Numbered from the stretch's first letter, positions 11,144-21,683 are shown. The stretch: 64,000 nucleotides of DNA from an uncultured Chloroflexia bacterium (GCA_963789825.1 CAWBME010000010.1:48788-112787); one strand, 5' to 3'. Program-made: numbers and translations. Notes: generated by a model not told the origin, from the sequence alone.

Positions 11144-11311
11144 GGCCTGATTATAGTCGGGCAGGAAACCGACCCATTCCGGGCGCTCCGGCGCCTTCTG
11201 CCCACCCAATGGGGTCAAGCCGGGCTATACTCTCAACGCTGACCGTGTCTTCTGCCCGCGCTGGAGGCTGCGGCTGGCGATTCGGTTTCAACCCCCCAAC
11301 TTGGAGGCCCG

Positions 11312-11521
11312 ATGAGCGGACCGCTGATCACCTTGCTGGCTATTCTGGTGGGGATTGCCGTTGTGGGAGTCGCCATCTGGGCATTTGTGCGCATGCTTGG
11401 CCGTTCGAAGGAAATGACCTGCCCGACGTGCGGCGAGTCGCTGGGTGCCAAGTACTGGACGAAGGCCGATCCGGTCTGCCCCAACTGCGGCGCACGACTC
11501 GAGCCCCCGCCCGCCAGTTGA
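11312..11521 (+). CDS. Small membrane-anchored zinc-ribbon protein
   Basis: N-terminal TM, then CPTC...CPNC; GGAGG SD. Confidence 0.75.
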   Translation: MSGPLITLLAILVGIAVVGVAIWAFVRMLGRSKEMTCPTCGESLGAKYWTKADPVCPNCGARLEPPPAS

Positions 11522-11639
11522 CGCGGACGGTTGGCGGCACCTGGCACGCGATCCCGCCGATCGGGGTGACCAGCGTGCGCGGCCCGTACGGCGCGCCTGA
11601 TGGCGCTCCACCCGTCGTTCACATGTTAGAATGCGCTCA

Positions 11640-11711
11640 GGGCCGTTAGCTCAATGGCAGAGCAGGTGCCTTTTAAGCACAAGGTTGCAGGTTCGAGCCC
11701 TGCACGGCCCA
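11640..11711 (+). tRNA. tRNA-Lys(TTT), CCA not encoded
   Basis: GGGCCGT/ACGGCCC acceptor stem, TAGCTCAATGG D-arm, CTTTTAA anticodon loop, GGTTCGAGCCC T-arm; TGTTAGAAT -10 just upstream. Confidence 0.95.
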
Positions 11712-12130
11712 CTCCCGATCCACGCACAAACGCCCGCCGACCGGCGGGCAGTATTGCAGTGACAACCCGCTGGTTCGGCAGTATCAAGGGCTTGAGCAAC
11801 ACCCTCGCCTCTCAATACCTCAGGGTGCCCGTCAACACCCAACTTGCTCTCATCAAGCGCTCCCGTCACATGGCCCGGCGGGAATCCCGCATCGCTTCCG
11901 TCAGCATCATGCGGGCCTGCCGCACCCGTTCGCCGCGCGCCGCGCCAGCGCGCTCGCGTCTCCCTCGTCCTCATCCGACGTAGGCCGCGTTCGGTCACGC
12001 TTCAACCGACCCGCAAGTCGCTCCCCGATCCGCGCGTGATCCGTGGCAGAGTCGTGGACGCCAATCCGTCGGCTTGCGCTCACCATCCGCTCCGGGTAGC
12101 ATACCGGCCACCATCCTGACGGGAGGCCTC

Positions 12131-12949
12131 ATGCGCGCCCATCGTGCCCTGCTCGCAATCCTCGGCCTGCTGCTCGGCTCCATTGCCTGCGCACTCCAAG
12201 GCAGGGCCGGCGATACTCCGACCATCGCAGACACGCCTTCCCCAGAGCCACAAGTGGCCTCACCGGTCGGGCTCGACCTGTGCACGCTGTTGTCGGCTGC
12301 CGAGGTCTCCAACGCGCTCGGTGAGGCGGTCGAGGTCCAGCCGGGATTGCAGACGGGTGCCTGCAGCTTCGCCACGACGACCAGCACACAGCCCAAGTCG
12401 GTTGCCGTGTCTGCTGCACAAGGGAGCCAGGCGCGCGACATGGTACAGATGTCCGCCAGCCTTGGCCTGATGTTTGGGGGCAATGCCGACTCGCAGCGGA
12501 TCGCGGAGGACCTTCAGGCCAACGCAGCCAACATGAGCTTGCAGGATGTGGTCGAGAAAGCCAACACCCTCCTGGTTCCGCTCGGGTACGCATTCTCCCC
12601 CGCAGGGACGCAGGACCTGCCGGCCATCTGGGGCTGGAACCCGATGGGGGCAGGCTCGCTTCAAAGGGTCGACGGTGAGACGTATCTGGCAGTGAGCGTG
12701 GTCGGGCTTGATGAGGCAGCAGCCAAGTCGGTCACCACGAGCCTGCTGGCACTCGCAGGGGACCGACTGCCGGCGGCTTTCACCATTGAGCTCGCCGAGA
12801 GCCTGCGCGTGGAATTTACCGTACAGGCACCGACACTGGCGCCTGAACTCACACCAACAGTTGTCCCGCCAGCACTGGCGCCGGAATCCACACCAACAGT
12901 CGTCCCGCCGGCACCGGCGCCGGAATTCACGCCAACACTCGTCAAGTAG
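12131..12949 (+). CDS. Putative lipoprotein with a Pro/Thr-rich repeat tail
   Basis: GGAGG SD, signal peptide with lipobox GSIAC, DLCTLLSAAEV...GACSF cysteine pair. Confidence 0.75.
   Translation: MRAHRALLAILGLLLGSIACALQGRAGDTPTIADTPSPEPQVASPVGLDLCTLLSAAEVSNALGEAVEVQPGLQTGACSFATTTSTQPKSVAVSAAQGSQARDMVQMSASLGLMFGGNADSQRIAEDLQANAANMSLQDVVEKANTLLVPLGYAFSPAGTQDLPAIWGWNPMGAGSLQRVDGETYLAVSVVGLDEAAAKSVTTSLLALAGDRLPAAFTIELAESLRVEFTVQAPTLAPELTPTVVPPALAPESTPTVVPPAPAPEFTPTLVK
12834..12943 (+). repeat. About three copies of a 39-bp coding tandem repeat (LAPExTPTVVPPA)
   Basis: Units start at 12834, 12873 and 12912. Confidence 0.85.
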
Positions 12950-13268
12950 ACATGTCAAACGGCCTGGGTTGCGGATGGACTGTCCCACCGCGTGGCACCG
13001 ATCGGTGGACCAAACAGGCAGCATCCTGGCGGAGATCGCCGTGGGGGACGCCCTGGCTAGAACGCCCGTCAGAAGCGTCTTGTCCGGACACCCCCAGGCA
13101 GCCGCAACCCATGGTCTGACGGCCAACCGGCCGGCCCCTCGACTGGTAGGGCATTCCATTCACCGTCACAAGGTGGCGGGATCTCGGACAAGCAGCGGGG
13201 TGTTGTGCAAGATGCCCCATGCCCTCGTGCCGCCTCGTCCGCGTCGGGTACTGTGCCTGAATTTGGGG

Positions 13269-13313
13269 CTCTTAGGCACAAGGTTGCAGATTCGAGTCCT
13301 GCACGCCCCACTC
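13269..13313 (+). repeat. Degenerate copy of the tRNA-Lys 3' half (att-like)
   Basis: 40/45 identical to 11670-11714 by manual alignment. Confidence 0.85.
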
Positions 13314-13839
13314 GTCTCGACACGGTAGCCGGCCGCCACCCACCATCGACATGAGCGCCGCCTCCTCAGCGCAGGCTGCCTGCGCAGCCCGCCCGCGACC
13401 CCCGGGTACGCCGCACGCTCCCCGCTCCGGCATCGCCGCGAACGACAGAGGGTCGGATTGCCAGCCCCCGTCGCGCCCGCCGCATGCCGGGACGCCATCC
13501 TGGTGCAAGCCCCAAGCAGGACCGCCCCGCCCGTCTCGACCGTCGCCTCCTGGTCGACCAGCACCCCGGCCGTCAGCGGGAATGTGCACACGCATACGGC
13601 TGCTGACCCCTCTCCGATGGCGAGCCCGCAGCCTGGTCCAGGGAACCAAACCATTCGTCGGCGGACCATCGACACCGGCCTGTGCTGGAGAGCGTGGTCG
13701 TCGAGCCTTCCATGCTCCACAGCTCTTCATGGTGCTGTTCTGAAGTAGAATTGTCCTGCAGGGGGGAGCCTCCCTGCAAGAACGTTGTTCGCTTCTCGAC
13801 CCAACACACGCACTTCCAATCTCAGAAACGGAGTCTCCC

Positions 13840-15300
13840 ATGACCAAACACAAGAAACTGACCACCGCTGCCGGCGCACCGGTTCCCGACAACCAGAACG
13901 CCATGACCGCCGGGCCGCGCGGGCCCATGCTGCTACAGGATGTCTGGTATCTGGAGAAGCTCGCGCACTTCGACCGGGAGGTGATCCCGGAGCGCCGCAT
14001 GCATGCCAAGGGGTCAGGCGCATTCGGCAAGTTCACCGTCACCCACGACATCACCCAGTACACCAAGGCCAAGGTGTTCTCCAAGATCGGCAAGGAGACC
14101 GAGGTCTTCTTGCGCTTCTCCACCGTAGCCGGGGAGCGCGGCGCCGCTGATGCCGAACGCGACATCCGCGGCTTCGCCATGAGATTCTACACGGAAGAAG
14201 GAAACTGGGACCTGGTGGGCAACAACACCCCGGTCTTCTTCCTGCGCGACCCGCACAAGTTCCCCGATCTCAACCGGGCGGTCAAACGCGACCCGCAGAC
14301 CAACCTGCGCTCCGCTACCAACAACTGGGATTTCTGGACGTCGCTCCCCGAAGCCCTGCACCAGATCACCATCACCATGAGCGAACGCGGGATCCCGCAG
14401 TCCTATCGCCACATGCACGGCTTTGGCAGTCACACCTTCAGCATGATCAACGCCAAGAATGAGCGGGTGTGGGTCAAGTTCCACCTGCAAACCCAGCAAG
14501 GCATCAAGAACCTGACCGACCAGGAAGCGGAAGCGATCGTCGCCAAGGACCGCGAAAGCCATCAGCGCGACCTGTTCGACAGCATCGCCAAGAAGGACTT
14601 CCCGCGCTGGACGATGTCCATCCAGGTGATGACCGAAGAACAGGCCAAGCAGATGCCCTACAATCCCTTTGACCTGACCAAGGTCTGGTACCACAAGGAA
14701 TTCCCCGTGATCGAAGTGGGCGTGCTCGAGCTGAACCGCAACCCGGAGAACTACTTCCAGGATGTGGAACAGGCAGCCTTCAATCCGGCGGCCGTTGTGC
14801 CGGGGATCAGCTTCTCGCCGGACAAGATGCTGCAGGGCCGGCTCTTCTCCTACGGCGATGCCCAGCGCTACCGCTTGGGCGTCAACCATCACCAGATTCC
14901 GGTCAACAGCCCCAAGCACGCCCCGGCCAATCCATCCCATCGTGATGGCCTGATGCGTGTGGATGGCAACCACGGCGCCACCCTCGGCTACGAACCGAAC
15001 AGCTTCGGCGAGTGGCAGGAGCAGCCCGAATATCGGGATCCCTCGCTGGACTTGTCTGGCGCGGCGGACAACTGGAACTTCCGCGAGGACGATTCGGACT
15101 ACTACACCCAGCCGGGGAAGCTGTTCCGCCTGATGGACAAGAAGCAACAGCAGGTTCTGTTCGAGAATACCGCCCGGGCGATGGGCGACGCCCCCGAATT
15201 CATCAAGATCCGCCACATCGGCAACTGCCTCAAGGCCGATCCGGCCTACGGCAAGGGTGTGGCCGATGCACTCGGGATCGCGCTCGACAAGGTCAAGTAG
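13840..15300 (+). CDS. katA: Monofunctional heme catalase (small-subunit, clade 3 type)
   Basis: [32 protein letters not shown] and [14 protein letters not shown] motifs. Confidence 0.97.
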   Translation: MTKHKKLTTAAGAPVPDNQNAMTAGPRGPMLLQDVWYLEKLAHFDREVIPERRMHAKGSGAFGKFTVTHDITQYTKAKVFSKIGKETEVFLRFSTVAGERGAADAERDIRGFAMRFYTEEGNWDLVGNNTPVFFLRDPHKFPDLNRAVKRDPQTNLRSATNNWDFWTSLPEALHQITITMSERGIPQSYRHMHGFGSHTFSMINAKNERVWVKFHLQTQQGIKNLTDQEAEAIVAKDRESHQRDLFDSIAKKDFPRWTMSIQVMTEEQAKQMPYNPFDLTKVWYHKEFPVIEVGVLELNRNPENYFQDVEQAAFNPAAVVPGISFSPDKMLQGRLFSYGDAQRYRLGVNHHQIPVNSPKHAPANPSHRDGLMRVDGNHGATLGYEPNSFGEWQEQPEYRDPSLDLSGAADNWNFREDDSDYYTQPGKLFRLMDKKQQQVLFENTARAMGDAPEFIKIRHIGNCLKADPAYGKGVADALGIALDKVK

Positions 15301-15310
15301 TTCAGCTCCA

Positions 15311-15346
15311 CGCGGACTGGGGCGGCGAGTGCCGCCCCAGTCCGCG
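15311..15346 (+). terminator. 16-bp perfect stem-loop after katA
   Basis: CGCGGACTGGGGCGGC-GAGT-GCCGCCCCAGTCCGCG. Confidence 0.65.
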
Positions 15347-15579
15347 GATTGCCCCAAGAGGCCCCGAAGAACAATGGCTGCCCTGCCGGCATCAAGGCAG
15401 GTCCAACCCCGACTCTGGTTCGCGGCTCTCCCTGCGCATGGTTGCCCGCCAGAATGCTGACCCCAGGGCCCTCTTCCCAGTCCCTCTCCGGTCCCGCATT
15501 TCCCCCATCACACTCACCTCCACTTCCCGGCCGAACCTCCCACTCGGAGGTTGTCTTCCCAAGCTTCGTCACATCCTGG

Positions 15580-15620
15580 CTCTTAGACACAAGGTTCAAG
15601 GTTCGCGTCCTGCGTGGCCC
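15580..15620 (+). repeat. Second, more decayed tRNA-Lys 3'-half copy
   Basis: 32/41 identical to the tRNA 3' half by manual alignment; shares GGCTCTTAG-CACAAGGTT with the copy at 13269. Confidence 0.7.
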
Positions 15621-15727
15621 GCGACCCAATTGCAGCAGAGCCTGCGGCTACGCTACAATCCTCTCCTGCTATCCAGTCGGAGGCGGAGCCCCAACGGGCC
15701 CGCGCTCTTCCGCAGAGGAGTTCCCCA

Positions 15728-16488
15728 ATGACCAATACCTGCCCGCCACTGACCTCCCCGAGCAGATGCCGCTCGGCCGCTCGATCCTGCTGCACCTGCT
15801 GCCGGGCGCCCTGATCACGGCGTTCTACCTCCTGGCAGGGCCGGCCGTGCTGCGCGCCGGCTATCCACCCCTGGCGGCGCTGCTGCTGGGGATCCTGCTC
15901 GTGCTCATCCCGTTCGAACTTGGCTGGTTGTTGGTGCTCGGGCGCAGGCGCAACCAGCGGTTCAGCCTGCAAGGCATCGTGCTCTACCGCCAGCCGCTCC
16001 CCTGGTGGAACTACGCGCTGCTTGTCCCGGCCTTCCTGATCTGGGGAGCGATCTGCTTCATCCTGCTCAACCCGATCGAAGGCCTGCAGGCATCGGCCTG
16101 GTTCTCCTGGATGCCCTCCTGGTCGCTGCCGACTTCACCCGAGGCCCTGTTCGAGGGGTATTCGCCTGCGGCGATGGTGGCAACGCTGCTTGCCGGGTTG
16201 GCCCTCAACGGCGTCGCCGCCCCGATCGTCGAGGAGCTGTACTTCCGCGGCTATCTACTGCCGCGTCTGGCTCGCTTCGGCGTGCTGGGCTCGGCGGCGA
16301 TCAACGTCGGGCTGTTCTCGCTTTACCACTTCTTCACGCCGTGGGGGAACCTCACCCGGATCGTCGCCCTCCTGCCTCTGGTCTACATGGTTGCCCGCAA
16401 ACGCAACCTGTACCTCAGCCTGTGGACTCACGTCTTGCTGAATACCCTGGGCATGCTGCTCACCTTTGCCCGCCTTGCGGCCCCGTGA
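15728..16488 (+). CDS. CPBP (CAAX/Abi) family intramembrane metalloprotease
   Basis: EELYFRG, FSLYH and HVLLN motifs; AGAGGAG SD before ATG 15728, with an apparent early frameshift. Confidence 0.88.
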
Positions 16489-16703
16489 ACTGACCGGCGC
16501 GGTCGCACCCGGCGCTCACTTGCCGAGGGTGGCCGGGAGAGATTGCCCTGCCCGGCGGGGGTCAGGCACGGCAGCCGCTGAATGCCCTCCGCCCCCGCGT
16601 TCGAGAGGCAACGGCGCCACGCCGAGGGGTCGTTTGAGCGAGGACCTGGCGCAGTCTGCACTTCGCCGTTGTTCAAATCCCCGCGCTGGGATACCATCGC
16701 CGG

Positions 16704-17609
16704 ATGCCCGCCTACATCGGCGAAGTCGCAGCGCTGGCAACCTCGGTTTGCTGGTCGGCAACAGCGACTTTCTTCGCCATTGCCAGCCGCAGACTAGGCA
16801 GCACGCACGTCAACCGCCTGCGCCTGCTGTTTGCTCTGGTGCTGCTGCTGGCGATCCACTGGCTGCTGGTCGGCCGCCCGCTGCCGTGGGACGCCCCACC
16901 ACAAGCCTGGTTGTGGTTCAGCCTGTCCGGCCTGGTCGGTTTCGTCATCGGGGACGCCTTCCTCTTCGCCTCCTACGTCGCGGTCGGGGCGCGGCTCGGC
17001 ATGCTCATGATGAGCCTGGCGCCAGTGATCAGCACCGTGCTGGCAGGCTGGGTGTTTGCCGAGCACCTGACACCCTTTCAACTGCTGGGGATCGCGGTCA
17101 CCATCGCCGGCGTCGGCTGGGTGGTGATGGACAGCCGCAGTTCCAACCAGGTGGCCGGCGGCCAACGGCGTTACCTCATCGGTATCCTGCTCGGTTTGGG
17201 CGCGGCGGCCGGCCAGGCGACCGGCCTGATCCTTTCCAAGCAGGGTCTGGCCACCGGGCTTCCAGCGCTTTCTGGCAACGTGATCCGGGTGACGGCTGCC
17301 TGCCTGGCCATCTGGCTGGTGGCGGGGCTGCAGCGCAGCGCACCGACGACGATCGCCAGGCTGCGCGCCGATCGTGCCACGCTGCGTCCGATCGCCCTCG
17401 GCAGCCTGCTCGGGCCCGTCCTGGGCGTCTGGTTATCCTTGATCGCCATCCAGTACACCGAGATCGGCGTCGCCAGCACGCTGATGGCCCTCCCGCCGGT
17501 GTTCATGGTGGCGATCGGACACTATGTTTTCGGCGAGAGGATCGGCTGGCCGTCGATCGCCGGCACCTTCGTTGCCATCCTGGGTGTGGCGCTGCTATTC
17601 CTGGCCTGA
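16704..17609 (+). CDS. DMT/EamA family transporter
   Basis: About 10 TM helices in two EamA-like repeats. Confidence 0.88.
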   Translation: MPAYIGEVAALATSVCWSATATFFAIASRRLGSTHVNRLRLLFALVLLLAIHWLLVGRPLPWDAPPQAWLWFSLSGLVGFVIGDAFLFASYVAVGARLGMLMMSLAPVISTVLAGWVFAEHLTPFQLLGIAVTIAGVGWVVMDSRSSNQVAGGQRRYLIGILLGLGAAAGQATGLILSKQGLATGLPALSGNVIRVTAACLAIWLVAGLQRSAPTTIARLRADRATLRPIALGSLLGPVLGVWLSLIAIQYTEIGVASTLMALPPVFMVAIGHYVFGERIGWPSIAGTFVAILGVALLFLA

Positions 17610-17723
17610 TCGGCGATGCGCCGAGCCGCCCGTCGGGCCACTCACCACCCTCGCCGTCAGCGCACCTTGCCCCCAGCTGTCTCCCAGGACCCCACCAACT
17701 GACCGACAGATGGGGTAAATAAC

Positions 17724-17752
17724 TTGACGTCTCGTTACCGGTATGCTAAACT
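17724..17752 (+). promoter_or_regulatory. Sigma70-type promoter TTGACG-17-TAAACT (extended TG)
   Basis: Read directly upstream of the ATP-grasp gene. Confidence 0.65.
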
Positions 17753-17867
17753 CCCGCCAACGAAGACTGAGGGAAAAGGATCGCCGCCCGGCTCCGGCCG
17801 GCCGGCACTGGGCATGTAGACCATCATAAATCGAGCACGTCGCAAGTCGACCCTGCTGGAACTCCCC

Positions 17868-19094
17868 GTGGTGCAGGGCGAGCTCGACAACGAAGCGGAA
17901 GAACCTCCGAGTCGCTCCCTCTCCGATCGACCCCGCTCACCGGCAGCCCGCAGAGTCCCGCTGAACCCGGTGGCCGCGCGCCTGCTCCCAACTCAGGAGG
18001 CGATCCGGATCTTGCTGCCTCCGGAGCCGGCGCTGCCGGTCACGGTCGAAACGCCGCAACGCGCGCGGCGGCGGCCAATTCGCTTCACCGACATGAGCCA
18101 GGTGCAGGTGATCGTGTTGCACAGCATGGCCCTCAGCCTGGATCGCGGTCGCGCCGAGGAGTTGATCGCCGATCAGGAGACCGCCGATGTCGCCCGCCGC
18201 GTGGCCGAGGCGCTCGAAGGCGAGGTCGGCGCGGTCCACCTCGTCCCGGTGTGGGACGATCTGCCCGCGGCCCTGGCGCCCTTCGATCCGCGCACCCACA
18301 TCGTCTTCAACCTCGTGGAGAGCTTGGGCGGCCGCGCCTTCACCGAGCCGGAAGCCATCCGCCAGATCCGCCGGCTGGGCTTCCGCTTCACCGGCGTTCC
18401 CTACCGGGCCATGCGCTGGAGCTCGAGCAAGCTGCGCACCAAGCAGCTGCTGCAACACGCCGGCATCCCCACCCCGCCCTACCAGCTGTTTGCTAACCTG
18501 CGCGAGCGCAACGTGCTCGTTCCCCTGCCGGCCATCGTCAAACCAGTGGCCGAGGGGGGCAGCATGGGGATCTCGCATGCCTCGGTGGTGACCGACAGCG
18601 AGACGCTGCTGGCTCAGGTGGAGGATTGCCTGGCGACCTATCGTCAGCCGGCGCTTGTTGAGAGTTTCATCGAGGGACGCGAGCTCAACGTCGCATTGTG
18701 GGGCAATGGCCGGCCGGAGATCCTGCCGATCTCCGAGATCCTGTTCACCTGGACCGACGATCCGCTCAAGCAGATCGTCAGCTTTGATGCCAAGTGGATC
18801 GCCGACTCGGTCGAGTATCACAACACGCCCGGTCAGTGCCCGGCCAGGCTCAGCGCCAAGGATCAGACCGCCGTCGAGGTCGTGGCACAGCGCGTCCACA
18901 AGCGGCTTGGGCTGAAGGGCTTCGTGCGCATCGACATGCGGCTGCGGCGCGGCATCCCGTACGTCCTGGAGGTCAACAGCAACCCTGACCTCGCCCCCGA
19001 TGCTGGCTTCTTCCGCTCCGCCTCGACCGCCGGGCACTCCTACCGCTCGATGGTGCTCTACATCCTGAAACTGGCGCTGGCCAGCCGTCCATGA
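17868..19094 (+). CDS. D-Ala-D-Ala-ligase-like ATP-grasp protein (start uncertain; TTG 18012 or ATG 18093 possible)
   Basis: VFNLVE, IVKPVAEGGSMGI, ESFIEGRE, RIDMR and LEVNSNP motifs. Confidence 0.85.
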   Translation: MVQGELDNEAEEPPSRSLSDRPRSPAARRVPLNPVAARLLPTQEAIRILLPPEPALPVTVETPQRARRRPIRFTDMSQVQVIVLHSMALSLDRGRAEELIADQETADVARRVAEALEGEVGAVHLVPVWDDLPAALAPFDPRTHIVFNLVESLGGRAFTEPEAIRQIRRLGFRFTGVPYRAMRWSSSKLRTKQLLQHAGIPTPPYQLFANLRERNVLVPLPAIVKPVAEGGSMGISHASVVTDSETLLAQVEDCLATYRQPALVESFIEGRELNVALWGNGRPEILPISEILFTWTDDPLKQIVSFDAKWIADSVEYHNTPGQCPARLSAKDQTAVEVVAQRVHKRLGLKGFVRIDMRLRRGIPYVLEVNSNPDLAPDAGFFRSASTAGHSYRSMVLYILKLALASRP

Positions 19095-19630
19095 TCACCA
19101 TCCGGCCCAGCGAAGCACAAGACCAGGAAGCCGTGCTGCAGATGGCACGTGCCGAGCCGCTGTTCTCGGCGCTCGAGGCCGACACCGTCGCCGAGCTGCT
19201 GCACGACTACCTGCAGCTCGCGGACCACAACGGGTACCTGTTCCTCTCCGCGGTCGACGGCCGCCGGCTGCTCGGCTTCGCCTGCTACGGCCCGACGCCG
19301 CTCACCGAAGGCACGTTCACGGTCTACTGGCTGTGTGTGGCTGCAGCGGGGCGCGGCCAGGGGATCGGCCGAGAGCTGATGCGCCAAGTCGAATTCGCTG
19401 CCCGCGCCGCCGGGGGCCGTTTGATCGTGCTCGACACCTCCGGCCGCTCGGCGTACGCCCCCACGCGCGCCTTCTACGAGCACATCGGCTACACGCGTGC
19501 CGCCACACTGCCTGACTTCTATGCGCCCGGAGATGATCTGGTGATCTACATGCTCCCCCTGGCGCCGGCGGCCTGGATCCCCCAGCCGGAAGTCTCCGTC
19601 GATCGCTCGCACCCTGCCGGCGTGGTCTGA
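19091..19630 (+). CDS. GNAT family N-acetyltransferase
   Basis: GFACYGPTP, RGQGIGRELM, YAPTRAFY; ATGA overlap with the ligase. Confidence 0.9.
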   Translation: MITIRPSEAQDQEAVLQMARAEPLFSALEADTVAELLHDYLQLADHNGYLFLSAVDGRRLLGFACYGPTPLTEGTFTVYWLCVAAAGRGQGIGRELMRQVEFAARAAGGRLIVLDTSGRSAYAPTRAFYEHIGYTRAATLPDFYAPGDDLVIYMLPLAPAAWIPQPEVSVDRSHPAGVV

Positions 19631-19657
19631 CTCCGCGCACGAATCCGCGCAACAGCC

Positions 19658-19685
19658 AAGGACCTGGGCGCGGCCCAGGTCCTTT
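19658..19685. terminator. Hairpin between the convergent GNAT and moaD genes
   Basis: AAGGACCTGGG...CCCAGGTCCTTT. Confidence 0.65.
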
Positions 19686-19738
19686 GATTCCCATGGCGTC
19701 TCGGGGCAGCCACGCCCGCTGGACTCGACTTCCGCCGT

Positions 19739-19984
19739 TCAGCCTCCCGACATGGCCGGCACCAGCCGAACCTGGTCGCCGGCGGCAAGCACGTGTTCGG
19801 GCTTGACGATGCGCCCATTCACGACCAGCAGGAGCGCATCCCCCGAGAGCGGGATGGCTGCGGCCTCGAGCAGGGTCTGCACGGTGGCCCCCTCGGGCAG
19901 GTCAACTTCCAGCCGGTCGACGATCCCCTCCGGCGTCTTGCGCCGCAGCACTGTATGCAGACGCACACTCACACGGATTGCCAC
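19739..19984 (-). CDS. MoaD/ThiS family sulfur carrier
   Basis: 81 aa, VNGR, C-terminal SGG. Confidence 0.9.
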   Translation of the reverse strand: MAIRVSVRLHTVLRRKTPEGIVDRLEVDLPEGATVQTLLEAAAIPLSGDALLLVVNGRIVKPEHVLAAGDQVRLVPAMSGG

Positions 19985-21683
19985 AGACCGTCCAGCTCGT
20001 CATCCGGGATGTCAAACACCGTGTCGTGCGGCGGGAGCGGCTCGGTGCGCATCCACTCCGGGATCCGATCATCGGCTGCCGTGAAGCCGGCAGCGTGGTT
20101 GAATTCGCGTTCCAGGCGCAGGGTCTGCCTGCCCAGGTCCTGCAGGATCTCCTCCCCGCCGTCCCAGCCGTAGCGCGCCTTGAGCAGCTCGCGGATCACC
20201 CCGGGCGCCTTGGCGAAGCCGAATCCGGCGAAGATGCAGGCGCCCAGGCAGTCGTAGCCTGCCATGTTGATCTGGACGCCGCGCGAAAGCTCCGCCTGTC
20301 CCTCCGGCTTGAGATGATCCACCTTGGCGCGCACTGTCAGGCCGGCGGTGTGGTCAGCGCCCTGGGGCGAGGTGGCGTAGGTGACACCCGTCCCCTTGAT
20401 CGCCCGCGGGTCGTAGGATGGCATCGACTGCCGCTTGACGACCGGAACGCGGCGGATGCCTAGCACTTGTCCGGCGGTCGCCGCTCCGCTCCCCAGCACA
20501 CGTCCCAGCGGCGTTCCGCGGCGGATCTCGTCGACCAGGCGCGAGGCGCCGGCGGCATCCCCGAACGCCATCAGCCCGGCCTCGGCGGCCACCCCCAGCG
20601 CGGCGCCGATCTCGATCGAGTCCAGCCCGAGGTCGTCGATGGCCGCATTGAGATGGGCGATCTGGTCGAGATCGCCGATCCCCAGGTTCGATCCGACCAG
20701 GCCGATCGTTTCGTATTCGAGCGGCGAGACGATCTTCTCGCCATCGGCGCTGCCGAAGACATTCGAGCTGCGAATGGTGCAGCCGGCCATGCAGGCGTGG
20801 CTGGTGTCGCTCGGCTTGCCGCGCTCGAGCAGCACATCGCGCATGTGCTCGCCGGTGATGCCCTCGATGCCCTCGAAGTGGCCGGTGGAGAAGTTACAGG
20901 TCGGCAGCGCGCCGAAGCCATCCACCATCGCCGCCAGCCCTGCCGTGCCGAAGTCACGGTAGATCGCCGTTTGCGGATGGGCCATGAGCTCCTGGGTGAA
21001 GCGCTTCTGGGCAGCCTTGAAGCCCTCGGCGTCATCCAGCGGCGGTTTCTCGCCCTGGCTGGCATCGATCACCACCGCCTTCAGCCGGCGCGCCCCATCA
21101 CCGCGCCCAAGCCGCCGCGGGCGTTGATGCGCGACGGCTCGTTGTCCTTGTCCAGATTCTGAATGCCGGCCGCTTGCAGGAGCCTCTCACCACCCGGGCC
21201 GATCAGCGCCAGGCCGACCTTCGGGCCGAAGCGCTCGAGCAGGTGATGTGCCGTCGCGTGGACGCCCAGCCCGGCAAGATCATCCGCCGGCTGCAGCTCC
21301 CCGCCCTGCGCCGTCAGGTGGAGCAGCCACCAGCCGCTCGAGAGAAGCGGGCCCTCCACGACCAGCGCCTTGACGCCCAGGTAGGCCAGCTTCAGTCCGG
21401 TCGATCCTCCGGCATTGCTCTCCTTGATGCCGCCGGTTAGCGGGCTTTTGCCTCCAACCGAGATCCGGTCGCAGGAGGACAGCATGTGGCCGACCAGCAG
21501 CCCCGAGGCCCACAGCAGCTTGTTGCCAGGACCCAGCGCATCACAGGCGGGATCGATCTCGTCGAGCAATGCCCGCGCGATCAACCCCCGCCCCCCGAGC
21601 CGCTCCCAACCCGCCGGCACAGGCTCGCGCCGGACGCTGCCCTCGGCCACATTGACTCGCCATACGCGCTCGTCCACGCTCAT
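19969..21683 (-). CDS. Aldehyde:ferredoxin oxidoreductase family protein 2 (frameshift near 21080)
   Basis: LGGRGL, KSPLTGGIKESNAGG, ARGGLGAVMG, EYET, GLDSIE, YDPR and GADH motifs. Confidence 0.92.

Noticed and set aside
11760-11990. Possible gene remnant or integrase right after tRNA-Lys
   Set aside because: No recognisable integrase or other motif; only short interrupted frames
12834-12943. Repeat array as CRISPR
   Set aside because: In-frame coding tandem repeats without spacers, and no cas genes in the window
13165-13190. CACAAGGTGGCGGGAT as a third tRNA remnant
   Set aside because: The match is too short to distinguish from chance
17755-17870. SAM-riboswitch-like CTGAGGGA segment
   Set aside because: The other conserved SAM-I elements are not identifiable
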